NCBI RefSeq assembly: GCF_001194135.2
Contig: NC_068985.1
Coordinates: 81,325,919 to 81,389,918 of the forward strand
Direction of reading: 5' to 3'
Length of the DNA: 64,000 bases
Origin: Octopus bimaculoides
Taxonomy: Eukaryota
In this document: positions 37,187 to 49,417 of the stretch, one piece after another
How the letters are laid out: every line of letters starts with the position of its first letter
Numbering within the stretch: position 1 is the stretch's first letter
The notes under the pieces: generated by a model
The model's input: the letters and a program-made list of their open reading frames with translations, nothing else
Told to the model about the DNA's origin: nothing
Databases searched by the model: none
Position numbers and translations under genes: made by a program

Positions 37187-37220
37187 TTTTGAGGATATTC
37201 TGCAAAGATGTTATCCAATA
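37187..37220 (-). CDS. Gene 4 candidate exon
   Basis: ttctctttgttttcag acceptor, phase 1 to 2, LDNIFAEYPQ, donor gtagaa. Confidence 0.4.
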
Positions 37221-39015
37221 CTGAAAACAAAGAGAATTAAGAAGACACAAAATGTGCTGAAGTCCTTTCAAATCTGTTGCTCATAATAACATAGGAAAAA
37301 CATATATCTACCTAACGATATGAGGGCCAGCTGATTTTTATGCAAGAGGGGAAGTGTGAAGGGCAGTACCACTTAATAGAATACTAACTCTGTGTGTTTA
37401 TCAACTGTTCAGTGGAATATTGAAATATGAGAACATTTATCAAGAGGGATTTTTGTTTTTTAGCTCCAGATTGGCCCTTACTGAGGAAATCTATTATTAA
37501 AACTGTTTTAACTATAAGCATTACGTCTTCTTTAGTAAAGCATCTTATACTTAATAATTCTAATGCTATATTATCTTACATAATGTAAAATATTTTAAAG
37601 ACAATATGGTGTGATTAAAGAAAATTTAGCTGTTATTTATAATAGATTGATTGGCCATGAAGGGATATCCAAGTTGGCTCAATATTATGAAGATTATTTT
37701 GAAAAGTTGCAATATAATTTAAGAGTGTCAATTAATAAGTTTGATTTAGAAATTACGCGTTTTGAATCTTACATGTTATTTTTATTCAGAGGAGAATTGT
37801 ACAAGAGCTTATGGTGTAATAAATCTCTGTAGCAGATATATGAAGAAATTTTTTCCAGATCAATTCAAAACAGTTTGATATACATCTTCATTTTGTGATT
37901 TTTTCCTATGAATATTATGATTATTTGCTTCAGCTTAATTTGAAGAGTTGGTTATTTCAAAAAGGAATTCTAAACTTTTGATTTAGACTTTGGTTAAATC
38001 TGTTAGCGAGTTAAATATGTTTTTGCAATATTTGCAATATTGGTAATTCTTAAATAATTTTATCTGAAAATCACTGATTTTAAACCTTACAATTATCAAC
38101 TGACTCCTCTCCAAGTTATGCTTTGGTAAATAATCAAAATTTTAATAGAAAGAATCTCAAAATATTGGATTATTTATGAGAAAAATATGATGGTCTCTTA
38201 TGATAATCTACCAAAGAACTCATAGAGTTGAATTTACATTTTTAGAAATAATCAGATTGCTAGTTTAAATTAAGTTAAGATGTAATTAAACACAGTCTAC
38301 TAGCATGTCTTGCTACTTTTAAGGTCATAGTTTTTATCATGAAACATACCGAAATGTTCATACCAGAAAAATTAAAAAGAAAAGCTTAAGAGTTTGAAAA
38401 AGTTTGTATGCTTTAGAAGAGGCATCTGAGTTTTTGTGCCTTCAACTGAGAAACAGAAATTTATCAATTAAAAATTTTTAACTGGATCTGTTATTCCTCA
38501 TTACTATACTTATTACTACATAATTGTTTTGAGATCCATAGTGACAAATAAAAGCTCCAGCTGGGTAGTGTTAAAAATAATACAGAACAGTGATTTATCT
38601 TTTTAATCCAAATTCATTAAAGTTTAAGTCCACACTAAAATATGACTGTAGTTATCAGTGACATGTGTAATGTTTGAAACATTCAGTTTGAAACTGATTG
38701 AAACATTAATTTTGTTGACTAAAATATAACAAATATTTGATGGATTAAAATAAACACAAAAGATTCATCTAAAAAAATAACACAATGCATTGTTAAAAAT
38801 TAATGGAGAAAATAGTGTTTTAATGAAAAAATAATAAGTTATTCAGTAAAACAATTTGGTGATTTTATTCCAATGTTTTCCCTTAACAATTTGCAACATT
38901 CATGAATTTGCAGGTTTTGTTTTCTTTAAATGTTCAATGTATATTGTTCAATTGGTTAACATCAACAACATTTTTAATTATGTATGCAATTGCTACTAAC
39001 ATTTTTGTTGTGAAG

Positions 39016-39110
39016 TAAAAGCGACTGGTGCAAAAGGTCAATGCATTGTATTCCATGCCAATAAGGGACAAATTTCTTTATCAGTTGAAATTCCAAGAGA
39101 AGTGATCTAT
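39016..39110 (+). CDS. Candidate exon, unlinked
   Basis: tttttgttgtgaag acceptor, KATGAKGQCIVFHANKGQISLSVEIPREVIY, donor gtatta. Confidence 0.25.
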
Positions 39111-39558
39111 GTATTACAAAGTTAATAAGTCTGTGTATCAGATACCAAAAGAAAGCGTTTTTAAATCAATAGAAAATAGTTTATGATTCACCCTTTGGTT
39201 TTGTGATTCTTTCCCTGAATATCAGGTTTATTACTAAAGCATAAGTTGGAGGTGTTTACAGAACAGAACTTCTTATTTTAGATATATAATATTTCTGTCT
39301 AATGGGTGACCACAGTCAACGCTCCCTCCAGTGTGTAGTTTACTGCATAAAATGTGGTGTCACAATTTGGACAAATTTCTTTTCTCTTCTATCTAGTCTA
39401 TGTTTGTTTGCCTGTAGATTCAAGTGTTGCATCTAAAGCAGAAACAGGCAAGGGTGAACTCATTTAGAGTATAACAAATTTTAATTCTATCAATTATAGA
39501 ATGAATGTCAATGCATTTGGAGTTAATGAGAGCATAGGTGGTACTGTTTTTTGCTTAC

Positions 39559-39589
39559 CTGACTGGTTTTGTAGCTTTAATATGATATA
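39559..39589 (-). CDS. Gene 4 possible upstream exon
   Basis: catcttcag / CAG-gtaagc, phase 0 to 1, YIILKLQNQS; phase fits exon 37187-37220. Confidence 0.25.
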
Positions 39590-39769
39590 CTGAAGATGTA
39601 CTTGGATGTGTAGGGGTGAGTGATTGTGCATATAATGGCATTGGCTGTGAGTGTTGATCTTGTTGAAACAACACACTGTGCCTCCCACGTGTCCAAGTTG
39701 TTTTTTTTATATTTTAAGCATTTCATTGTTGCTGTTGTTTAGCCCCATTAACTTTCCTTAAGTATAATT

Positions 39770-39920
39770 ATATTCCAGTCATGACCATCCAATCTTTTTG
39801 AGTAGTATCTAGATCTACAATGTTTAGCATGCCATTTCCTTTCTATTTTGAGAGTTTTTAGTTTCAAGGGAGATTTGGCTGCTATCTCTTGCAATTAAAG
39901 TGACTGCACAGAGGCTCCAT
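39770..39920 (+). mobile_element. Interspersed repeat family E fragment
   Basis: GGAGATTTGGCTGC(T/A)AT motif shared with about 14930-14985, 29820-29910 and reversed 63440-63590. Confidence 0.45.
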
Positions 39921-40114
39921 CAGGGTTGTGTATTTCTTGTTTCATGTCGTTGTGTATGAGGTTTGTGGATTTAAGCTTTTTTAAAAATGTTTGTATGTTT
40001 TAGTCCAAAGAAGAAAGACAATGTCCATAACCTTTACATAACCTCTGAGATTGGGGTGGGGGAAGGGAGAAAGAAAACAACTCATCCACATCATGATACC
40101 AAGTTACTCTTCAG

Positions 40115-40205
40115 ACCTTGCAACAGAGTGACTTTGGCAAAAAGTACTGGAAGTTGTGGTGTTATGCTGGGCAGTGGAATTAGGCCTGTTATCCCAAGAA
40201 TATTT
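40115..40205 (+). CDS. Candidate exon, unlinked
   Basis: gttactcttcag acceptor, gtgagc donor, phase 2 to 0, PCNRVTLAKSTGSCGVMLGSGIRPVIPRIF. Confidence 0.25.
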
Positions 40206-40459
40206 GTGAGCTGTCTGTAGTATTAAGAACTTTGCTGCATTGTGATATTTGTAGTTTGTTGCCTTTTTTACTTGAAAGTTTGGTGTGTGTGGGGGGGGAG
40301 TAGGGACTCGAGAAGACCAGCAAAATCTATAATGGATGTAATATATTGTTTCTGCACTTGTGTTGTTGTTTGATTAGCTTATCATATCTTATTAGCATAG
40401 TTGCTTCAATATTTCATAATAGCCTGGTTACTTCTATAGCATGATTCTCTCTCTCTCTC

Positions 40460-40658
40460 TCTTTTACTCTTTTACTTGTTTCAGTCATTTGACTGTGGCC
40501 ATGCTGGAGCACCGCCTTTAGTCGAGCAAATCGACCCCAGGACTTATTCTTTGTAAGCTTAGTACTTATTCTGTTGGCCTCTTCTGCTGAACACACTAGC
40601 ATCGGTTGTCAAGCGATTGTGGGGGGACAAACACAGACACACAAACATATACACACAC

Positions 40659-40691
<33 letters not shown>

Positions 40692-40882
40692 NNNNNNNNN
40701 NNNNNNNNNNNNNNNNNNNTATATACGACGGGCTTCTTTCAGTTTCCGTCTATCAAATCCACTCACAAGGCTTTGGTCAGCCTGAGGCTATAGTAGAAGA
40801 CACTTGCCCAAGGTGCCACGCAGTGGGACTGAACCTGGAGCCATGTGGTTGGTAAGCAAGCTACTTACCACACAGCCACTCC
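40460..40882 (-). mobile_element. SINE family A, young full-length copy with a gap inside its microsatellite
   Basis: CpG-rich, close to the family pattern throughout; N run 40692-40719 lies in the internal (TA)n. Confidence 0.9.
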
Positions 40883-41199
40883 TTTGTTTTATATATTTTT
40901 ACCTTTAATTTATTGTTATGCTTATCTATGTACATCATACAATAATTCTACTTGTATCTATTTTATCTGTCTGTTTTTCATAAAACATCCAGTGTCACAT
41001 CACTTATTCCCAATCAAGTTCATGTTTTACACTCTGGTGTATGCCAAATGAAAATGTCTTCATGTACACAGAAGAAAAACCTATGTTCCTTGAATTTATT
41101 TAATGAAACTTAATCACTTCATGCTAAAGTATTTCTAGCATTAACTCCATTAATTCTCAGGGTCACAGAACAAAGCTATCATGACAGCCATCATAATTT

Positions 41200-41609
41200 C
41201 CATCACTATCATCGTTTTAACATCCACTTTTCTAAGCTTGCTTGAGTCAGATAATCTTTCTATGGCCAGATGCCATTCCTGTCACCATGTTTCACTTATT
41301 TTCATGCAAAGTAATATTTTTCCAATTCAAAACATGCTTTCACAGTGATTAATAATGAATGACACTACTTGTATGGCAGTGACAATCATTTACAACCATC
41401 ACATTATGTCAAGACAAAGTAATGCAAACAGACGTACACATATACGATAGGTATCTTTCAATTTCTATTTACCAAATCCACTTACAGGACTTTCATTGGT
41501 TTCAGGCAATAGTAGGAAACATTTATCCAAGGTGGCTCACAGCAGAATTGAACCTGAAACTATATGGTTGCTAAGTAAGCTTCTTAACCACACAACTATG
41601 TCTGTGCCT
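41200..41609 (-). mobile_element. Family C2 copy (about 41200-41420) abutting the 5' half of a SINE A (about 41440-41609)
   Basis: TTTAACATCCACTTTTC..ATGGCCAGATGCC then ACCAAATCCACTTAC..AAGCTTCTTAACCACAC. Confidence 0.6.
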
Positions 41610-41837
41610 ATGATAAAAATTAAAAAAAATTTTTTTTCATCAAAAAAGCAATTAATTTTCTCCTCTGCAGTTGCATTCTCTGCTATAAACTGAAAGATAA
41701 TCTTGCTTTTTGCTTTGACTATTTTTCTTTACCAGTTTTAATGCTTTGTCTTAAGTTTAGTTACTTTGATACTTTGTTGTGTAATTTCATTTCTCATTTA
41801 ATTTTCATCCATATAAACAACATGCACAAACATTGTA

Positions 41838-42075
41838 TCATCATCATCACAATCTAACGTCCATTGTCCATGCTGGCATGGATTGGACAGTTTGACCAGA
41901 GCTGGCAAACTGGGGGAGCTGCACCAGACTCCAGTATGATGGTTTCTACAGCTGGATGCCTTTCCTAACACCAACCACTTTACGGAGTGTGCTGGGTTCT
42001 TTTACATGGCACCACACGGGCACTTTTATGTGGCACAACACAGGCACTTTTACATAGCACTGCATGGGCACTAAA
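41838..42075 (-). mobile_element. Short element family C
   Basis: (CAT)n, GTCCATGCTGGCATGGATTGGACAGTTTGAC, GCTGGATGCCTTTCCTAACACCAACCAC. Confidence 0.75.
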
Positions 42076-42499
42076 CCTGTGAAACTCCAAGAAGATTTGT
42101 CCTGGACTCTGCTGAACCATCCAGTTCATGTTGTCATGGTGAGTGGATGGACACACTATATCACTGGATCCACTTGCTCAACCCACTCCATCACCATTAT
42201 CTTGTTGTATGCTCATTCTTCTTCGCACCAATCATTAATATTACTCTTCCTCTTTCCCTCTCTCTTGTCTCTATTTTCCCCACCCCGACACACTCCCTCT
42301 GTTATTCTTTCCATTACCACACTCTTACAACAATAAATCTGCTCCATCCATCATTGGGAACTTCTTTCATTTTACCAACTACAAGATGAGATCCCCTTGC
42401 ACATAGACACAATTCTGCTTGTGCCACAAAAATCACTCTGTAAGTAGTTGGTAATTGATACAAGCACTGACAACGCAGGGCTTGAGTGGCCTCTTTAGT

Positions 42500-42720
42500 C
42501 TTGCTGATGACAAAGCAAACTTCATACTGCTGGTGCCATGACAAAATGCAACCAGTACACTTTGTAAAGTAGTTGGCATTAGATCTAGTCATAGAAACCA
42601 TACAAAAAGTGAGACACTGGGACATGACATGGTCCTCCATTCTGTTGGAGCCAGTCAAATAGCCCAAACTATGAAAGAATAGAAAACAAGCCTAAAATGA
42701 TAATGATGATGATGATGGTG
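42500..42720 (+). mobile_element. Short element family C, degenerate
   Basis: GCTGGTGCCATG..GTAGTTGGCATTAG..TAGAAACCAT.. ending in (GAT)n. Confidence 0.55.
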
Positions 42721-42735
42721 GTGGCAGTAGTGGTG

Positions 42736-43124
42736 GGAGTGGTCGTGTGGTAACAAGTTTGTTTCCCAACCGCATGGTTTCTGGTTCATTCCCATAGCAT
42801 GGCATCTTGAGCAAGTGTCTTCAAGTATAACCATGGGCTGACCAAAGTCTTGTGAGGAGACTTGATAAACAGAAACTGAAAGAAACCCATATACATGTGT
42901 GTGTGTGTGTGTGTGTATTTGTCATGTTTGTGTTTGTTCCCCATCACTACTTGACAATCAGTGTTGGTTTGTTTACATTCTCATAACTTAGCAGTTCGAC
43001 AAAATAAACCCAATAGGATGAGTACCAGGCTTAAAAAAAAAGTATTGGGGTCAATTTGATTAACTAAACTCTCCAAGACAGTCACAGCCTTGTCACGGTT
43101 CAATGACAGAAACAAGGGAAAGAT
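42736..43124 (+). mobile_element. SINE family A, full length
   Basis: Head GTGTGGTAACAAGTTTGTTTCCCAACC, internal (TG)n, end GAAACAAGGGAAAGA. Confidence 0.75.
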
Positions 43125-43487
43125 ATAAATAATACATTACAAAAATATACACAAACACTGTACATATTTAACAAATGTAAGATAAATGTTGTACGTAATT
43201 AACAAATATATGCAAATGTTGTATGTAATTAGCGAGCATAAAACAAATATTGTACATTGTATATAAATGATGTTCTCTAATATCCAACGAAAAGTGTACA
43301 TATTTAGCTAATATACATAAACATTGTGTGTACTTAGCAAATATACACATATATAATTAATGAAAATATAAAGGAAAGGAAAATGAGACCAGCATCATTC
43401 ATGGCTTTCTTCAAATCCATATTTTTGCGATTACAAATTATTGACAAAATACAAAATTGAGTAACTTGGAATAGTTGATGGATATAT

Positions 43488-44735
43488 CATCATCATCATT
43501 GTTTAACGGCTGCTTTCCATGCTGGCATGGGTTGGACAGTTTGACTGAAAACTAGTAACCAGGGGATTTGCACCAAGTTCCTATCTGATTTGGCAAGGTT
43601 TCTGTGGCTGGATGCCCTTCCTAACGTCAACCACTCCAAGAGTATAGTGGGTACTTTTACGTGCCACTGGCATGGGTGCCAGTCAGATGGCACTGGCATC
43701 GACTACGACTGTGGATTCACTTAGCTTGCTAAGTCTTCTCAGCACAGCATATCGACCAACATTTGAAGGGTGCTTTTTACGTGCCAGTTACGTGACACTG
43801 GCATCAGCCACGATTATGATCTCACTTGGCTTGATGGGTCTTCTCAAGCGTGGCATATCACCAAAGGTCTCAGTTACTTGCCATTGTCTCTGTGAGACCC
43901 AACATTTGAAGACAATGCTTCACCATCTCGTCCCATGTCTTCTTGGGTCTACCTCTACCACAGGTTCCCTCTACCTTTAGACTGTGGCACATCTTCACAC
44001 AACTGTCCTCATCCATACACATCACAGGACCATACCAGTGCAGTTGTCTCTCTTGCATACCACATCTGATGCCTTTTGTGCTCAACTTTCCTCTCAGGAT
44101 GCTTACACTCTGTCGTACATGGACACTGACATTACACATCCAGCGAAGCATACTAGCTTCATTTTTTACAAGCCTACGCATGTCCTCAGCAGTCGCAGCC
44201 CAAGTTTCACTGTCGTGTAGCATGGCTGATTGCAAACTGATATCATACAGTCTGCCTTTCACTCTGAGCGAGAGGCCCTTTTTACCAGCAGAGGTAGGAG
44301 CTCTCTGAACTTTGCCCAGCCTATACTTATTTGTGCAGTTATGCTCTCCGAGCATCCATCCCACTACTGACTTGGTTGCCTAGGTAACAGAAGCTATTAA
44401 CTACTTCTAGTTTTCCTCCCGGCATGTGATGGTATTTGTTTCCTGTACATTTTTAGTGTTAATTGTACCTGTATATCTTCCACACACAAAAACTATTTTC
44501 CTTGTTAACCTTCCTCTGATATTGCTGCACCTCTTATGTGTCCATAGCTTACATCAAATACATCTTATGGAGTTTTTATCTATGCCTTTTCTAAAGACTG
44601 AGCAGGGCAATCTACCTGAAAGGATCTGTGATTTGTCTGCCTTCCTACTTACTAAAACTTTGTTTTTGCTAGGTTAACTCTAAGGCACTTCGATTTTAGA
44701 CCTTGCTTCCACACCTGAAACTTCTCTAGTTCTAG
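43488..44735 (-). mobile_element. RTE-clade LINE, 5'-truncated and decayed
   Basis: LSLRVKGRLY...MLHDSETWA...EASMLRWMCNVS...HWYGPV...GRGRPKKTWDE..; upstream WKQGLKSKCLRVNLAKTK; 3' UTR ending in (GAT)n at 43488-43500. Confidence 0.9.
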
Positions 44736-44749
44736 AAATACATGCATAC

Positions 44750-44796
<47 letters not shown>

Positions 44797-45102
44797 NNNN
44801 NNNNNNNNNNNNNNNNNNNNNNNNNNNNNNNNNNNNNNNNNNNNNNNNNNNNNNNNNNNNNNNNNNNNNNNNNNNNNNNNNNNNNNNNNNNNNNNNNNNN
44901 NNNNNNNNNNNNNNNNNNNNNNNNNNNNNNNNNNNNNNNNNNNNNNNNNNNNNNNNNNNNNNNNNNNNNNNNNNNNNNNNNNNNNNNNNNNNNNNNNNNN
45001 NNNNNNNNNNNNNNNNNNNNNNNNNNNNNNNNNNNNNNNNNNNNNNNNNNNNNNNNNNNNNNNNNNNNNNNNNNNNNNNATATATATATATATATATATA
45101 TA

Positions 45103-45243
45103 TAATGGACTTCTTTCAATTTCCATCTGATGAATCCACTTACAAGGCTTTGGTCAGCCTGAAGCTACAGTAGGTGCCACACAATGGGACTGAATCCAGA
45201 ACCATGTGGTTGGGAAGCAAGCTTCTTACCACACAGCCACACC
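45103..45243 (-). mobile_element. SINE family A, 5' half up to its microsatellite
   Basis: GGACTTCTTTCAATTTCC..GGGAAGCAAGCTTCTTACCACACAGCCACACC. Confidence 0.8.
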
Positions 45244-47356
45244 GTTTATGTTAATCTGATTTCTGGTTTAACACTATTTCTGATCCTTGGCTACCATTAG
45301 TGGAGCCATTTTTAATGGACCCCCTTCTGCCTCCTCCTCATCGTCATCATCATCATCTCACTCCTTTTCCTCCTCCCTCCTCCTTCCCATTTACTTTAAG
45401 TTCACTTTTCAGTCATATTTGAGTGGAGTGGATGGTTTGACACCATCCAAAAGATCTGGGGATCATGTCTCTCTCAAATATTTCAGTTTTGGCATGGTTT
45501 ATATGTCTGGATGATCTTCTCAACTCTGTTCAATTCTCTAGATTTTAGTTTGAGACTGAGTAGCAAATAAGCTTATTCCATTTGTAGGTGTTCAAAAAAA
45601 CAAAAACGAAAAAGAACCAGTTATATGGTGATCACTTTTCAAATTACTGAAAGAGTTCAAAATGAATAAATGGAAGCAATGATAGTGACTGGCAAGTGTT
45701 TACAAAACTGGAACACATTTGTCAAGTTTAATATTTCAATGACAAATCAAATAAGTTAATGCTCTCCTGGAAACCAACAAAAAGAAAGTAATTAAATATC
45801 TAATTTCTCAAATAATACAAGACTGAGATGAAGGGAAAAGATCAAGAAATTAGTGTAAGTGTATAAGATTTTTCACATGTTTTTAGTTAGCTAGCAGAAC
45901 AAAAAGGTTATAAGCTTTGTAATCATCAATTATTTGTTAGCAGCTGATGATGCCTCAATTAATGTCTTCACTTTCTTTCTCATGCTTATATTTAAGGTAA
46001 ATATTTAAGAAACATTTAAGAAACTGCTAATAACTTTAAATTAATGATTAGTTAATTAAATTGTCTTTCATTCAATACTTTGACTCCTTCTAATATGATA
46101 AGGTCAATGAAGTCAGCTAAGTGTAATTAAACTGATATTTATTGTCGCAATAATCTGTAGAGTTTTATTCATGTACATTTTGTCTATATTATTCTCACAT
46201 AGAAATTAATAATTTTTTGTTTAAATGATGATTTTTAGATTAAATGATTTACTTAAGAACATCAAATATACATAACAATACCGAATCCATGCATATTTAT
46301 TGGCTGGTACTCTATTTAGAGTTTATATAAAAGGAAAACAGCATTTTAATGAAAATGATATCTACATTAATAGTATTTATATCTTCCTATTGTAATACCT
46401 TGACAAGTAAAATTATATCTTAACTCAAACATGGTGGACTGTGAACAAGGTAGGGTTGTTGTGGATGCAAATGCCTTTCAATAACAATGAGTAAAAACGG
46501 TTTTGTAAAGAAAATATGTCTGAAATAGTTACTGCATTCTTTAATTTAAAAGAAAATGAGAGTTTAATAGAGTTAGATATGTGATGCCAGAACAGCAGCT
46601 TGTTAAAAAAGTGTAGGATGTTGAAATTTTAATCCCCTGAAATTTTAATCAATAAGAATTTAACTGATGAAAATTATAAAAATCTGAGATGTGATAAAAA
46701 AAAAAAAAAAGTGAAAATCTAAGCCAACCTCAATCAAGGTCAAATACACCTAAAAATACAAAATTTGGGAACTGCATAGTTTCCATGTAATGTGCATTTT
46801 TATAATAACCCTTGTCACAAGTAGATAAAATGAAAGGGCCAGTGGAAAACCAAATTATGCTTACTATTTTTTTTTAATGTAGTAGTGGTTGGGAGAGAAG
46901 ATAAATTACCATTGTTATGGAGTTATTTTATAGGTTCCATTACCTGTGCTTTTGATATTCTTTTTAAGTGCCCTGTCTTTTATATCCCTTTTAATAAGAC
47001 TATCAATTCCTTTATCATTTCCAAAATGTACCCTTTACATAATACATCAGGTTCAGGCAATGGGTTTCAGTTTGCAGTGACTTAGGCCATAGATAACCTG
47101 TTAAGTACTGCCTGACACATTGAATCTGGTTTTAGGTGTAATACCTGTAAATTAGAGTTCTTACAGAGAGGGGACTAGCAACCTTCTTCCTGATGGGGAT
47201 TACTCTAGAATTAACAAAGGAGAGATGAGCTTTTCCTGCTTAATGAAACTAAGATGGTTTTAAACTTATAAACTTGTGTAGCACCATGGTGAAGAAGGAA
47301 AAAATTATATGGATGCAAACTCTATTTTGTTTCTTCATTATTTAAGAGTGGAAAAA

Positions 47357-48010
47357 GGTGGTGAGCTGGCAGAATCGTTAGCATGCCAGGCAAAATGCTT
47401 AGTGGCTTTTTGTCCATCTTCATGTCCTGGAGTTCAAATTCCACTGAGATTGACTTTGCTGTTCATCCTTTGAGGGTCAATAAAATAAGTACCAGTTACA
47501 TACTGGGGTCGATATAATCGACTAGTCCCCCACAAAAAGTTCAGGCCTTGTGCCTTTAGTAGAAAGGATTATTTAAGAGTAGAAAGGAGGTGCACTGGTA
47601 GAATCGTTAGTGCATCAGGGAAAATGCTTAGCAACATTTTGTCTGGTTTTTGACTTTCTGAGCTCAAATTCCACTGAGGCTGATTTATCCTTTAATCCTT
47701 TCTAGTATCATTTATTTGAGCACTGGGGTCAGTGTAATTGGCTTGCCATCTATTCAAAATTGCTGGCCTTGTGCCAATATTAGAAAGAATTATCATTAAA
47801 GGCAGCTAGTGAGCAGAATTGTTAGCATGCCAGAAAAATACTTAGCAGCTTTTCACCTGGCTTTTCTGAGTTTAAATCCTGTCAAGGACGACTTTGCCTT
47901 TCATCCTTTCAGAGTCAGCAAAATCAGAACCAGCCAAGAACTGAGGTCGATGTAATCAGCTAGCCCCCTCCCAGAAAATTTTCACTCCCCATATCTATAA
48001 CAGAAAAAAT
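47357..48010 (+). mobile_element. Three head-to-tail SINE family B copies (47357-47570, 47586-47795, 47801-48010)
   Basis: Each has GCAGAAT(C/T)GTTAG..ATGCTTAGC..GAG(T/C)T(C/T)AAAT and an AGAAA(G/A)(G/A)ATTAT tail. Confidence 0.85.
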
Positions 48011-48100
48011 TATTTAAGAGTGGTTTGGACAAAAAATTTTCACTAACGTTTTTAATTTTCTTTTGAGGATGCCTGATATCTGTCAGTTTGAGAATGTCTA

Positions 48101-48147
<47 letters not shown>

Positions 48148-48269
48148 ATATATATATATATATATATATACGTATAAGATAAGGATATAATCATAAAATG
48201 ATTATATCAGTGGCCTAGCACTTAAAAATGTCCATATAGATAACATTAATTTTTTTATGTATATTATTA

Positions 48270-48581
48270 TAGAGGTGTGATTATTGTTAAGGGCTACTGT
48301 AAATGACCATCACCAATGCTAGAATGAGGTGTCAAATACCTACAATCCAGTCTACAATTTGTTCTCTATATTCAACCGCAGGTACGAACATGAAGGAATG
48401 AGCAAGAAAATACAATTAGAATTATCCAATATTTTTTGGATTTTCTTGCTCATTCTCTTGTGTTTGTACCTGTAGTTGAATATAAAGAACAAATTGTAGA
48501 CTGGATTATAGGTATTTGGTACCTATTTCTAGCATTGGCAATGGTCATTTACAGTAGCCCTTAACTATAATTATACCTTTA
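48270..48581. mobile_element. Foldback (fully palindromic) MITE
   Basis: About 145-bp inverted arms 48270-48415 and 48436-48581 around a 20-nt spacer; TA/TG flanks suggest a Tc1/mariner-type TA TSD. Confidence 0.8.
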
Positions 48582-49417
48582 TGCCTTTTCAAAAAAATTC
48601 AATGTTATAATAAATTAACATTAAAAAAATGAAAATTTAAACAACTTAAATAACATTTTTTCCCTTCAAAACTACTATCAAAAAAGATTGCCTGAAATAT
48701 TTCTTTGCACACAAATAATTTCAATTCTAAAATATGGTAATTTGAATATTTTCTTTACCTACATTATACCTCAAAACTTCTGCAATTTTCCAACATTTAA
48801 GAAAGGACCAGCAAACATAATATGTCTTATTGTTCAGCTACAGTTAGGATTTAATTATTATAAGCTAGCATTTCAGTAGAAGGTTACTTACAGAGTAAGT
48901 AGCAGAGTTCAAATATAAGTTTGGATTCGATCAGCTAAACCCTTCAATGTACCCCAGCATGGCCACAGACCAATGACTGAAGCAAGTGAAAAAAGTATAT
49001 ATTTTCTGTTATGGTGCTGAATAAAAATAGAAAATAATGCTCATTTAGTTTTTTAATATTTTTGTTCACCAAGAAAAATATTTATAATAGTGGTTTGAAT
49101 ATTCTTTTATTATAATGGTTTGGATATTCTTTTATCATAATCAAGTAATATAAGTATGGTGAAATTTTGGTCTCACCTCAAGTCACTTTTCAAGCATGTG
49201 ACTTAATTTGAGACAATACATTAAAACAAAAGCAATTGTAGCATGGAAGAGCCAAACCACCTTAACCATATAAATTTCAAAGGTATATAAATAGCCGATT
49301 GTGGTAGACTTCAAATTTAACCTAATATTGAAATGGAAAAAACAAAACTTAATAATTTTTTTGTCTCAAGAAGTAACTGAAAAAGTAAAATTTCAAATTG
49401 TATAAGAAGTTCACATT

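Noticed and set aside
37611-37832. 73-aa ORF starting at a non-ATG codon
   Set aside because: No ATG and no matching splice sites for this frame; length within chance expectation.
47337-48023. CRISPR-like repeat-spacer array
   Set aside because: The units are 210-230 bp SINE copies in eukaryotic DNA; there are no constant short repeats with unique spacers and no cas genes.
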